A stretch of 64,000 nt of DNA from Camelus dromedarius (taxonomy: Eukaryota), in assembly GCF_036321535.1 (NCBI RefSeq), contig NC_087437.1:102116001-102180000 (forward strand), read 5' to 3'. The notes beneath the pieces were generated by a model. The model was not told the origin of the DNA. It saw only the letters and a program-made list of their open reading frames with translations, and did no database searches. This document shows, piece after piece, positions 10,621 through 23,700 of the stretch; the stretch's first letter is position 1; each line of letters begins with the position of its first letter. The translations under genes and the position numbers were made by a program.

Positions 10621-13600
10621 TTGCTATGAGTTGCTTTTTTGGGAAATGAGTAATTGTATTCTTGGCATCTTTACTCATTTGCTTTAATTATTGTTTTATC
10701 CTGGACATTAACAAAGAGACACATAGGCACATTGATAGATGTTTGTTACATTAATGAACAACTTGAAGATTGAATGATACAGAAAATTTAATTTCCCAGT
10801 TTTACGGATAATCAAGAATGTTTTTACTATAAATTCTAAGTAAATTTTGAGTGTTATACCCACACAAATATAACTTTAAGTAGATACATGATTTTTTCTT
10901 GAAAGTTTTATGGATATTTTATTTTATAAACTTTGCTATATCTTTGTGCCAGAGATCTACAGATATATATTTTAATTGAATATATTATTCAGTCTAAATG
11001 TGTGTATGCGTGTTGTGTGTGTATGCAGTGTCTCAATAAACATGAATATGGAAAGTCTTTTTGTTAACTCAATAAATGACCTATCACTCTTAGTAATGGC
11101 AACCACAAAACATTCATTAATAAATTCTGTTAATATTTCAAGCATATTTTTTGAGGACAATTAATTTTAAAAGTTGATTATCATCACCACTTTAAGAAAA
11201 GATTATACTGTTTTTTCTAACTCTGCATAAATTCTACTAAAAACAATTCCTACAAATTTTATGCTTTAACAATCTTCTCTTTAATTGGACAATGTTTTTA
11301 CTTTAAATTTTAATTTATTTAGATTTATATCTGTTTTGTTTTAACTATAATTATATGATAAAATAAACATAGATATCAATTTTAAAATATAAAAGCCAGG
11401 TTTTTAAAATATTCCTTAGGAGGAATTAATCTAAAACTTAATTTTATTATAACTAATAACTAACTGTATTAATATTATAAAATTTTTTGAAAATGTACTT
11501 AGCAAATAAAAACCTAAATAATATATTTCAAATTCATGTATATATTTTAAATGTTTAACAGAACACTGATCCAAGCTTTAGAAGCAGAGGAATACATAAC
11601 TTAATTATAATGGTTTGGCACATCTGTAAAATACTCATTTTCCTCTTTATTTAGCTAATAAAATAGCCCATATTTGACATTTTCCTCACATAGAAATAAG
11701 ATCCAGATAGAATGCTATTCTGATTTTTTTCCATCAACGAGCAGAAGTTAGTATTTGTTTTATAATTTATAAATAACTCATGCTAACATTTATTATAATA
11801 TATATGCATTTTCTCACATTTTTCCAGATCTTTTCCTTTAACCATGTTGATGACTAACAGCATTATAAAGAGAATGCACTCAAATATTATTAGGGGAAAT
11901 GAATTTCTTAAAAATTTTTGTAATCTTAAGATTACTTTACGGTGGTCCTACATTACATTAGAGCAAAATGTTCAAAATATCTTAGAATAAAATAAATTTT
12001 AAAGGTTACAATTAAATCATTTACAAGATAAATAAGGTCTTAATATATGGACATTTAAAGTAACTTAGTAAGTTTAACATAAATTTATAGGATATTATAT
12101 CCTGACCTTTTTATTGTTTGTAATATACTTTAAATTGACATACGCTTCAGCTATTGTAAAATGCAAGGTTGAACTGGAAAACAAGATACATACATAGAAT
12201 AAAGTTAAACAGTTCCTAGGCTGTAGAAATTAAAATTGATTCTCATGTCCAGTTAACCCATAAATTGATGAATTCACATCTTGAGGAAATATTCAGCATA
12301 TTAATTTGTTCTCATTTCCTTTTATTAATGAAACAGTTTCTAGATATAAAATGAATCTCTGGAACTGATTAAAGTACTAATTAAATAAGGACATAGTGCA
12401 GTTTTATTTTGTTATAGGTTTCAAATGGAGAGAAATGAACAAAATGATGAAATGAAATAATCTAATTTATTTTAGTATTTAACTTGGACAAAATAAAATA
12501 TTGTCTACTTTAAGTCATTATACTGATTTGACCACATTTAATTTCACTTACAAGGACAATAATTAAATGCATTCATAGAAACAATTTAATATTAAAACAT
12601 AATTTAAATAATTAGGGAATAAAAAAGAGAATACACTTTTAAAAAGATATTAGTAACTAAAACAAATTTCATAGTGTATTTTGACATATTAGACTTTAAT
12701 ATTTGAAATTCAAAGAGGAAAATTACCCTGCAGGTATGAACTCATGAATAATTAATGAAGCACATGAGACTATGTAGCCATATATTCTATACAACATACT
12801 ACAAATATTTAGAAAAAAAAATTCCCTCTCAAATCATTCTAGACTCTTTATTTTAATGTTGTAAATTTATTTAAATTGGAATTTTAAAAGAAAAAAATTA
12901 AAAATAAAAAATCTACCAACTAATCTTTATGTTTTGTTATGTGCCAAAACAGATCTAGGAGAATAAATAATATATGAATATTGGTACATAAAACCTAATT
13001 TATGACTCTTCACAAAATATTCTTACTTGGTATTTCTAAATATTATTTAATTTTTACACTTAAAATAGACTAGAAGGAACTCTATTCTGTTTAACTGTAA
13101 AATACATAATTTCTCAGAAATAATGACAAGTATATAATTTATTTAAATGTTCATTAGTGTTAATGATATTTTATAAAATTACTAGAAAACATTCTCTTTC
13201 TTGGTGTTTTGGAATAGATTTATAATAAAGAGAGAATAGAACTCTCCACTGGGATCATAATGAGCTGAACTAATGTTGCAGTTTTTAAATTGCAACATTT
13301 ATTCCAAATTTCTTCCAGATTTCTTTTTTTTGCAGTCTATTTTTCTTCCTGTTAACGTCCTATATTATCTTTCATATTATGTCGTAGAGTGGCTTTCTTA
13401 TAATTTGAGGACTACAGCACAGTTGTTTTCTTAAAGTGTGCTGTGAACTCTGTAATAAATCATGTTCAGAAATGTGTTCCTGCAGTGATTCAGGTTCTTG
13501 CCAATATTGCCATATTTTGCATATTTACAGGAGTAAACTCTGCTGTTTGTTTTCTCCCCTATTTTTTATTAATTTATTTTTTTGGATGGGATAAGTAACA

Positions 13601-14232
13601 GTCTGCCCAGGGCAGGTCTTTCTTTACCCAGAGAATCAATGGCCCCAGAAGCATCACAAAACAGTTGAATGTTGGCTAAGGTTTGAGTTCTGTTTCCTAA
13701 AATATTAACTAGGAGTAACTCCTATTAAATAAGTAAGTTTGTTCTGTTTTCACTATGACTGATAATTTTCCCAGAATCTGATTTTGTATATGACTTTTCT
13801 TGGCCAAAACAGTATTTATATTAGGTCAGCGCTTTCTTCAGCATTATGTGTAAAATCCAAAGCTTTTGGGTCATTTCCAGAGTGTCATTACACGAGTAAA
13901 CGTAACTAGAATACACTCACTTTAAAAGGGCTCTTGAGACTTTATTCATAATACATTATGTCACAAAGTTAAGTCAAGGCTCTTTGGTGCCACAAGTCCC
14001 CAATTTTTGCGTAATTCCTTCTTCTTGCCATAGTAGTTTTCTCTTTCAGCATCCCATATTATTTTACTACAACCTTTGAAATTACCTCTCTATATTTAAC
14101 ACAATGCCTCTTTCTCAATGTCTCTGAAATCTCCTCTCCTATATGTCGTAACTAAACAAGGGCGCCAGTTCCTCTGAAGCTGCTGTAATTGGTGAGTGTT
14201 TGCTTTATCACGGTCCCTGCGAATTAAAAAGA

Positions 14233-14266
14233 TCTGTCTGTCTGTCTGTCTATCTATCTATATCTA
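14233..14266. repeat. (TCTG)n(TCTA)n compound microsatellite
   Basis: tctgtctgtctgtctgtctatctatctata. Confidence 0.85.
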
Positions 14267-14619
14267 CATAAAGATTGACATATAAAGATATACAGATGAT
14301 ATGGATATATATAAATACAGATAAAGTATGTATTATTTATTCTAGTATCTCATACCAATTTATCACTGAAAACATACAAAAAACCCTACTTCTTGATTAT
14401 CTTTCTTCCTTAAGTATAAAGCCTGTCCTTTTTACTAGCTAACATGTACTTCTGTACCCCATTTCTTATGTATCTCTAGCAAATTCAACATCTCTCTGGC
14501 AATTACATTTTTCCACTTATTTTTAAAGAAGCAAAAATTTCAATTAAAATTATATGGACCTCTCCAAATATGATACATATTTTTTCTTCTTTTTAATATT
14601 CACATTTATCAAAATATTT

Positions 14620-15955
14620 TATTTAGCAACCATATGCTTTTCTTACTCCCTCCTAACTCCTACATCACTCATCTGAAAGTACTGTAGTTTCACCTCATGT
14701 TAGTTCTACTATAGAGATACTTAGCTCCTATGTTACTTGACTTCTTAGTAGATTTTGACTTGTTAAATATTCTGTCCTTTCGTTAACACTCTCTGCCTTA
14801 ATTTTCATAACCCAGTTTTCTCTTGGTTTTCCATTTCTGACCCCTTTGCTGTCTAATGCTCTACTATGTGGATATTAAAATTTGGAAATCCTCAAGGCTC
14901 ATTACAAACTATCTCATTTCCAAAAATTATACTTTTCATAGAGAATCTTATATATACATATGCACATACACAGAACTACGTTTTCCAAGTCCAGAAATGA
15001 ATCACAAATGTATTTCTGAATCACCCCTCTGTCCACCAAACCCTTGTATCTAATCCCCTGTTGGGCACATTTTCTTGAATGTCTCAGAGTTATCTCAAAC
15101 TATCTTAGCATGCTCAGCTGGAAACTATGAGCTTCCTCACGTAAGCTAGTCTGCTCTCTGTCCCGTTGAATAGCATGCCTTTCCGTATAGTTTTCACATG
15201 CCAGAAGTATGATGTCATCCTTGCCATTGTGCCTTCCCTTGTCTGATCACCACGTCATGTGAATTTTACCTGCTAAGTATCTCTGACCTTTGACCTCTCT
15301 ACCTGCCCAGTTTTGTCTAAGTTATCATGTCTCTTGCCTGAATACTTCCATAGGATCTAACTAGCCAAATGACATCTACAGTAGTTTTTGTCCAATCTGT
15401 TATTTATTGTGACCAGGATTTTCTTCCTGAAGTATGGAACTATTCAAACTGACTCTCAGCAAAAATCTCTTCAATGTGTTCCTATCTCACTTAGTATATG
15501 CCTAAATTTGGCCAGAAAAGCCCTATATTGTCTGGCATCCTCCCTGCTTCTCTCACTAAACAGCACTACCCTCACATTCCTGCCATAAGGGCCTCCTTAA
15601 TTTCCCACTAGCAAGATACCTTCCCCCACCTAGTTCCGTTCTTCCATTTTTGCCTAACTGGTGTCTACACATTTTTCACATCTCAATTCAAATTTTACGT
15701 TTTTCCAGGAAAAATTTTCTGATATTTCTGACTATATTAAATATTTCTGTTAGGGATCATTATTTATAACATTTGTTGTTATTTAAATGTTAACTTTCTT
15801 CATTTGATTATGTGATTTATACCACAACTATACCATAAGCAAAATAAAGGCAAGGGGTCCTCTCTGCTTTGCTGTATCATAACCTCCTTATCCCCAGCTC
15901 AGTGCCTCACACATTAATGGAAATTGATAAACAATATTTCAATGAATGAATGATC
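14620..15955 (+). mobile_element. L2 LINE 3' portion
   Basis: Pyrimidine-rich L2 motifs (cttgacttcttagtagattttgac, ttcttgaatgtctcagagttatctcaaact) ending in the L2 tail tcaatgaatgaatga. Confidence 0.8.
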
Positions 15956-16409
15956 ATTGGACTGAAACTACTTTTTAAGATTGTCATTGTTTTACTTTGC
16001 ATACCCACAAGTTTTCCTGACAACCCTTCATATTCTTGGAAAAAGTACACATCAACCAGTCTTTGACTTTCTCTGGCCATGAGACATCCTTGGAGATGGA
16101 TCTCCTCAATGTACATAAATAGATGCTGCTGAAGAAGTGTGTACTTTGCTGTTAGACATACAAGAGTCAGGATGCGCTGAATTTTTAGTCTGTTCCTTTA
16201 TGTCTTGATGTTAGAGGCAATCAGTCCTAGAAGATTTTCTGAAGTTATAATCATCTTTATATTCTGATTTAAATTCCTTTTAAGTATCTATTGAAATAAA
16301 CATGATCTTCGTGTTACTGATTCGACACTTAGTGAATCTATGGGTTTTATGTTCTTGTCATTTTTCTTGGCTCTGGGAAAAGACTGGTTTAAACTAAAAA
16401 AAAAGCCAC

Positions 16410-17045
16410 TGATTTCATGGAGGTACTGTCTTATGGGAGAGGAAGAAAATAAACAGGTAAGTGAAAAGGTGAAAAGTGCTATTAAACTTTTTTTAGTATA
16501 TTAATAATTGTAAGAAAAAAGAGTCTTTAGAGAAGACATTCTGGATAATCTGGAGCAGAGCCCTCAATGAAGGGATATAGTAAGCCATGTGAATTCCCAA
16601 GGAAAAGTGGTTATAGACAGATAATGGGTCTGGGGTAGAGTGAACAGCAGAGTAAATGTAACAGATAAGGTCATATTAGTAGCCAAAACCAAGATTATTT
16701 ACACAAATATAAACCACGAGAAGAACTTTCAATTTTCTTCTGAGTAAAATGGGAAGAAATTGGAGAATTTTGAAAAATCAGTTATATATGACTTTTCTTA
16801 AAAACTATCATTTTGATTCATGAATGGAATGGAAATTAGGAATTAAGTGGGGAAAAAAAGGAAGTACAATTGGGAGCTATTGTAAGAATCAAAGAGAGAA
16901 CAAAGAGAGAACTTGGAATAGGATGATAGTTATGGGTTAATGACAAAATACAGAGTGTATTTTGAGGATAGAGCCAACAGGATTTGCTGATGAGTTGGAT
17001 TATGTGTGTGAAAAAGAGAATATAAAAATGACTTCACAGATTTTT
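16410..17045 (-). mobile_element. L2 LINE fragment
   Basis: gtattttgaggatagagccaacaggatttgctgatgagttggat...aatgacttcacagatttt. Confidence 0.8.
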
Positions 17046-18851
17046 AAAAAGTCCATATTTGCTCTTATATTATTTTTATCAATGTAATATTTTGCTTATT
17101 TTATCATATTTGTATTTTTTCCTTCTTTTCTCAAATAATCAAGTCTTCTATTGATTTAAGTAACTCCTGTTACCTGATTTTTTGTTTTTATCTCATTATC
17201 TTCATCTTTTTTCCAAGATATTATTTAGATTCTGATACTACTGTTATTCTTTCCCAAATTTCTGGTGATTTTAAATAAAATATTTTTATCTGTCTCTATT
17301 AGCCATATGCTACATCGAGTAGAACACCTTACCTTGAATACAGCACCATTAAGAATAGTCTGCAAAAACTATAGTCTGCAAAAATATTTATTGTCTAGTT
17401 TCTCCATTTCAAATAGAAGGCAATTCTGAATATTACTTAAATGCCACCACAATTCTCTATAAGTTGATGGATTCCTCAAGCTGGAAGCCAGGGTAGAAAT
17501 GGTTGGACAGTTAGAGATGAATTAATGTTCAGTTCCTTGATTTACCATATTTGAGACTAAGTAAATCCCTGTTTTAAACCAGTCTCTCCATGATGATTCT
17601 GCCTGCCATTTCAGTATGCTCATTTCTATTGTCATCTAAGTGGAAAAACTGTCCTTTACCTGAAGTGTTTAAGTATAGTTCTAGTTCTGATTCAGAATAT
17701 ATCATGTAGCAGAGTCATGAGAAAGATAATATGGAAAACTTGAACCAAAACACATTAAATACGGTCATAAAAAAAAGATAGTCAATTATGGCTTTGCAAA
17801 AACCATTGTAAAGTGGAAAAGATTGTTGGTATAAAAAGCTAATCTGTTCCTATTACTGACTAAGGTGTATGATAATTATATTTATGTTATCAAGGATGAG
17901 CAGGCAATGGATATAAAAGGGCTAAGAACAGATGAACCAATCTTAGAGTTATCTAATGTGTATCTGCCTTCCACAGAAAGGCGTTAAGAGAAAGAGCAAT
18001 GTTGTTATTCTACTGTGAAAAGGATATTATGAAATTTTAAAGTTGTGCCAATAGAAGCAAGAGAAGTAGAGAGATGGGTGAAATTGATCACTCTAAGCAG
18101 CTGGTTTCAGTAATTCAGTCTGCTCAAAATAAATGTTTATGATAGAAAGTCAGTAGCACAGGCAAGGTGCTAATTTATGAATGTGGGAATGAACTCCAAA
18201 ACTCTTTAACAGAATATATTTTTGAGCTTGTATACTGTGAAAGAAATGCCTTCAGTTTCTAGATGAATGATTACTGACAATAGGTCAGATGTAGTTAATT
18301 CTATTTTTCTAACATTGGTATTCTCATTAGGCTTGTGTAAGCATAAAATATAGAGATAATAACATAGTTAATATAAAAATCATAAACTATGGGGAAGCAC
18401 ACTTTAAGAATAATAAATAATTTTATTCCTACATTAGAAAATTGCAAAGCTAATTTGTTACATTTTACATTTACATTTATAAAAGTTTTAAGGCTTAAAG
18501 GTTTGTGTTTTGATAACCACTGGTGTATTTTTTAAATGGTTATACAAAGCCATATTTGAATTCTCAACTGTTTTCACTACCGAACAAAGCATCATGACGA
18601 CTGTAAACTGTAAGAATGTTGGAGAAATCAATACTCATTACTATAAATGTAAAGAGAATGGACTTTTATAGTTTAAAATTATAGTTACTGTTCAAAAAAT
18701 TCAAAAATAGTAACAGCATAGTGTGCTGTAAAAATACAGTATCATAATATCATAATATGTGAAAATCTTGGACATCATCAAAAAGCTTCTAAACCATTTC
18801 TTTAAGAATTTAACTAACATGCTATGTGATTGAAATTCAGTTCTAGAATCT

Positions 18852-18966
18852 AGTGTACTGTCCAATATGGTAGCCATGGTGGTAGTATTGTGTAGTATTG
18901 ACTACAACATTGAACAGCAGACATAGAACATTTCTATCATCACAAAAGTTCTATAGGACAGTGTCA
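18852..18966 (-). mobile_element. MER3-like hAT-Charlie MITE, internally deleted
   Basis: ctgtccaatatggtagcca...gacatagaacatttctatcatcacaaaagttctataggacagtg, with inverted ctgtcc/ggacag ends. Confidence 0.8.
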
Positions 18967-19629
18967 TTCTAGAAAAGTTTAAGTATATAAGTATATAAAA
19001 ACATCTTCATGACTTATCCATGTTATTTTATTGTTCTTTATTAAACATGTGAACTATACAGAAATTTAAAATTAGCTCATGATTTAATGTTAAAACATCA
19101 AGTCCATAGCTATTTTGAATGCAAAGTCTCACAGCAATGACATGTCTTTTCTTTAGCTGTTTTTCTAAGTCAATTCAGGAAAAAAAAAAAAAAGGTAAAA
19201 TTAAATCACTATTGATTAAACATCTCCTAGCAATAGGGCTCTCATTTCAGCTTGTCTCTCAACTACATTAAAACTCAGGCCAGCTAATCTTTGTTCAGTG
19301 ACAAAGAGAATATAATATAAAGCCAAGAAAGAGAACTTGGAACATTTCAGGGTGCAATTTTTATTCATTTATATAGGAAAATCTATCCTCTTTTAGTTTT
19401 AGTAGATCTCTGAAATAATATACATGGCAATGTTTTCTGAAACAAAGAGCTCCAAGGCTTCTATGAATATGTACATAGGCTTCATTTTCGAACTACTACT
19501 TATGTCAAAATGATTTCAATTAGATGATATCCACCATCATTATGTGATTTATTTTTTCAAATAATTATATACATTTTTTGAATTATGAACTGTCAATTCC
19601 TGCACTCATCCAGGTTTCTCAGACCCCAT

Positions 19630-20732
19630 GCAATAATTTGAACACAAGAGTTCAGTGTCCTGACCCCTGCACAGATAAAAATCTGTTTATAACTTTTGAT
19701 TCCCAAAAAACTTAACAACTAATAATGTACCGTTAACTGGAAGCCTTACCAGTAATAGTCAATTAACATATTTTGTCTTATAGGTATTTTATATCGTATT
19801 CTTACATTAAAGTAAGCTAGAGAAAGGAAAATGTTATTAACAAAATCATAAGGAAGAGAAAATACATTTACAATTCTGTATTGTATTTATTATTACTGTA
19901 TATTTATGTCTATTTTCAAGATGAATCATCTGTCAGAACCTACATCAATATTGTCTTACATGATATAAAAACTGTAGATGTTATACTAATTACTATCACT
20001 AGATTTCAAAAATGAAAAGATAGTGTGGAAAAAAAATTCACATTTATTTATAGGTATAATGATTCATACGTTGACAGTGAAGAAGCAGGAATAAGATTGC
20101 TTTCTGATAGCCTAGCCTATACACTAATAAATAACTTGTTATAAAATCTTTATGGTATACAGTATTACAATCAAGTTCATAATACAGTATTAGAAACATT
20201 GTTAGGGGGGAGGATATAGCTCAAGTGGTAGAGTGTATGCCTAGCATGCACAAGGTCCTGGGTTCAATCCCCAGGACCTCTTCTAGAAATAAATAAATAA
20301 ACCTAATTACCCCCAAAAAAAATTTAAAAAAAGAAAGAAAAGAAACATTGTTACATTTTTTAAAACTCACTTATGTATGATAATAGGCTGATAGTTTCTC
20401 CAATTACAAGAGAGAGAAAATATACTATAAGGTAACATAATTCTTTGAAAGCAGTTATAAAACAGTAAAATATAACTAACACACTATTAATTTTATATTA
20501 AATATCACTCACCTTATACCTATGCAAGAATAGACTAGGATCTACATAGTTTATGCATTCATGATATATCTTTTTCTTAATTTTTTCAATATTTCTAGGG
20601 TACACGGTTCATCTGTGAGTTTTTTTCAAATTGTCACAAATCTCCAAAAACATTTCCAATATATTTACTGAAAAGAATCTGCATGTAAGTGGGCCTACAC
20701 AATTCACACCCATGTTGTTCAAGGGTCAGCTG
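19630..20732 (-). mobile_element. Tigger2-family DNA transposon (non-autonomous derivative), interrupted by a SINE
   Basis: tataacttttgattcccaaaaaacttaac...aaagtaagctagagaaaggaaaatgttattaa...; right end ccatgttgttcaagggtcagctg followed by TA. Confidence 0.85.
20205..20340 (+). mobile_element. tRNA-Ala-derived SINE (camelid Vic-1-like)
   Basis: A box tagctcaagtgg (20217-20228), B box ggttcaatcc (20261-20270), A-rich tail, and perfect 13-bp TSD agaaacattgtta (20192-20204 / 20341-20353). Confidence 0.92.
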
Positions 20733-23700
20733 TACTTCTCTAGTGATAATGGTTTTAGAATTAAAACAGAAGTTTTAAGAGAATTATAGCTTTTTCAAGT
20801 ACTAAAATTACTCTTTAGTAGTCTCAATAAACTGGATAGTGAACACTTCCAAGCAGTTCCTTTTGAGCTGATGTAGTTCATACAACTTACCAAGTTTGAC
20901 TTGGGATTGGACCATCATTTTCATTGGTTATGTGGATAATAATGGAAGTTTCAGTGTGTCTTCTGTTTGTAAGTGCTGTGTTACAGGAAATCTTACTACT
21001 TTTCTTGCATTTGATCTTATAGGCAAGAGCCACATTTTAAAATCCATTGCTCTAATCATGTTCAACTACTAGAATAGTGTTTTGTCAGTTTTCCTCCAGG
21101 ACTTCGGTGAATGCTTTTATCCTCCATGAAAGCCAGCATGATCACTCAGCAAGGATTATACCTTATTTTGTATAAATAGAGTATGATATTAATATTGGAG
21201 CTCTTGGAAATTATTTAAAACTTGTCATGTCTTCTGCCCTCATTGAGTGATGATTGATAAGGCAATATTTGCAATGTGTAATAAGTTACATGAGTGAAAG
21301 CTGTTGAATAAATAATAGAGTACAAGCTATTCTTATTAAATAATAATTAATTTGAGATTTCCCCATTTTCTCCCCTTACCAAAAAAGTTGGAAAACCAAG
21401 TAGTAAATTATTTGACACTTAAGAAACCAAATGAAGAAAATTTTCTTTTTTTTTAATCACAGAACACTTGTTAGCTCTTGGTTTCTGGTTTGGGATATTT
21501 CTCCCAGGCAAGTTATCATTACTTAAAAACAGTAGCAAAAAGCAGGATCAGCAAGTGACAACAGGAAAAACAACAAAGGCAAAATTATTTAAATAGTGAA
21601 AAGTTTTTTGTTCTTTTTACTCTCATTTCCTTAAAAAATAGTAACTGTTGATTATATTATTGTTTCATAAAATCTTACCAGGCAAGATTCTTTTTCTTAT
21701 CTTTCTATGCAGTCTCTTTTCTAGTGGAATGTACAGAATAAAAATGTGATTTCCATTTAATATTAAATACACTTTAATCATATTAAATATATTAAGTAAG
21801 GCCAGATTGCATGCATTCAGCTAAAGCAGGTTTTGTGCAGACACATAAAATGTGCTTATTGCTTTTAAAGATAAATGCTAGAATTTTGACTGAGATCATC
21901 AAACCACATTTACTCATTCACAAAGAAGTTTGAGAATGGATTTTAAAAATGAATTAAAATGAAATATCAGGTCAATATCAATTAAAGCAAACACTATATA
22001 ATAGTATGAAATATTAATTGTACTTTTACTTATTTTTGTAACTAATATCATTATAGCTAGTGTTCTTATCATGATTACCATACATACTATAAAGTAGAAC
22101 TGTCTTTTCAATGCAGAATTATTAGTAATTTTGAACATTTTTAAAAAAATCCATTGTCATACTAAAATAACTATCAATTTTTTATGAAATATCTTTTGTT
22201 CAGTGCATGTGGCTGTCATTTTGAAATTAAAAGCAGATAACTCTCCAATTAATTTAATTTTTGAATGTAAGTTTAATATTAAAATCACAATTTTGATAAT
22301 AATTAGTTGTAACATATTTAGCAATTCAAAATGTTTCAAATAATCCCCATGTACATTAGACATTCAGTCAACTTAAAAAAATCATCAGAGTAAATATTTG
22401 CTTATCTTATAATTGTTAACAAGGTGGGAAGTGTTTTTATATTTAAACACATTTTAGATGCTTTTTTTAAAAGCAGAATTTCCATATTGGTATGTATTTT
22501 CTCTATGAGAGAATGTGTTGTACCCTAGAGATAGATAAATTAGAGAACTGCTGATCGGATTCTAAATTTAGAAGTAAAATAGAATTTTTACTAGCTTAGA
22601 AAATGAGCTAGACAATGAAACAAAACTGTTCATTTTGAAATTATTATTAACCCTATTGATCCTGAGATCACTGGTTAAAAGTGATAAATTCTTATATGAT
22701 AATAGCAATAGATAGAAAGATTTCCAGTGCTTTCATCCATTAATTAGTTAACTCTTTCTTTAAAGGAATTGTTAAGGCTACATAGTAGTATTCTTTCTAT
22801 CCTACTAATCCATGTTCATAGAATGCATTTGCCTGCTGGTAGCATTGGAATACAGTGATGCTCATTCATAGTCAGTGTTGGTGGTGGTGGTGCGGTTATT
22901 TTTAAATTGACTCATTTAATGTCACTTCTGAAATCACCCTGTTTTTCTCCCTAAAGTCTTGTATTTGGGAGCTATTTTCTTGCCTTTTTTTCCCCTTGTA
23001 TAAGAATCATGAATTAAAACTAACTTATAAAAATAGGGTATGCTCTTTTTCCAAACTCTGATAAAATTGTGGAATTTAATCTCTTGAAGGTTGAACAGAG
23101 ATACTTTGGATTGTAGGAACGCCTGCCTGCTGAGGATTAGGGTGCCCCATGGAAGTAGCTGTACTGAGTACACATCTCACTCCTTCTACCACACTGGCTG
23201 TCAGGTCCATGTACCCAGGCTACAGCATTAGACAGGGCTCTGTAACAGTCTACTCTGGCGAATGTGACCTGTTAAAGAAAAGGAACTAAAGACAATGGCC
23301 TATTGTGCATGTTTTTCCCTCAATTTAAACAATCAGCATTCTTTTTTACCCCTGGTTCTACTTTCCTTTTATATATCTGGCTAGAAGCTACTTAACCACA
23401 GTTCTAAGCCTCCTTTGTCTTTAGCGCTCTAGATCTAATTTTTCTGAACAGCTATGCCTTTCCTCCAGATTCAGAATGTGGAGGGGAAGCAGAAGCCATA
23501 TCCTCCTTCCTCCAGCAGTGGGAAACTAACTGAATGTTGGGCTTCAGGAAGAATCTTCAGTAACCTCTATCTTCTTGTGGCATCCAAGCCCATCAGGGCT
23601 GCAGAGAACTGTAAACTCATCATCCTGCTTCCGTGTGGCAGCCGTTGTACTCTGACTGAACCACTGCTGGGTCTCAATCTTTTATTTGAATGACCTTAGA

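Noticed and set aside
20205..20282. tRNA-Ala(AGC) gene
   Set aside because: It has an A-rich tail, a 13-bp TSD, imperfect stems and two related copies in the window, so it is a SINE.
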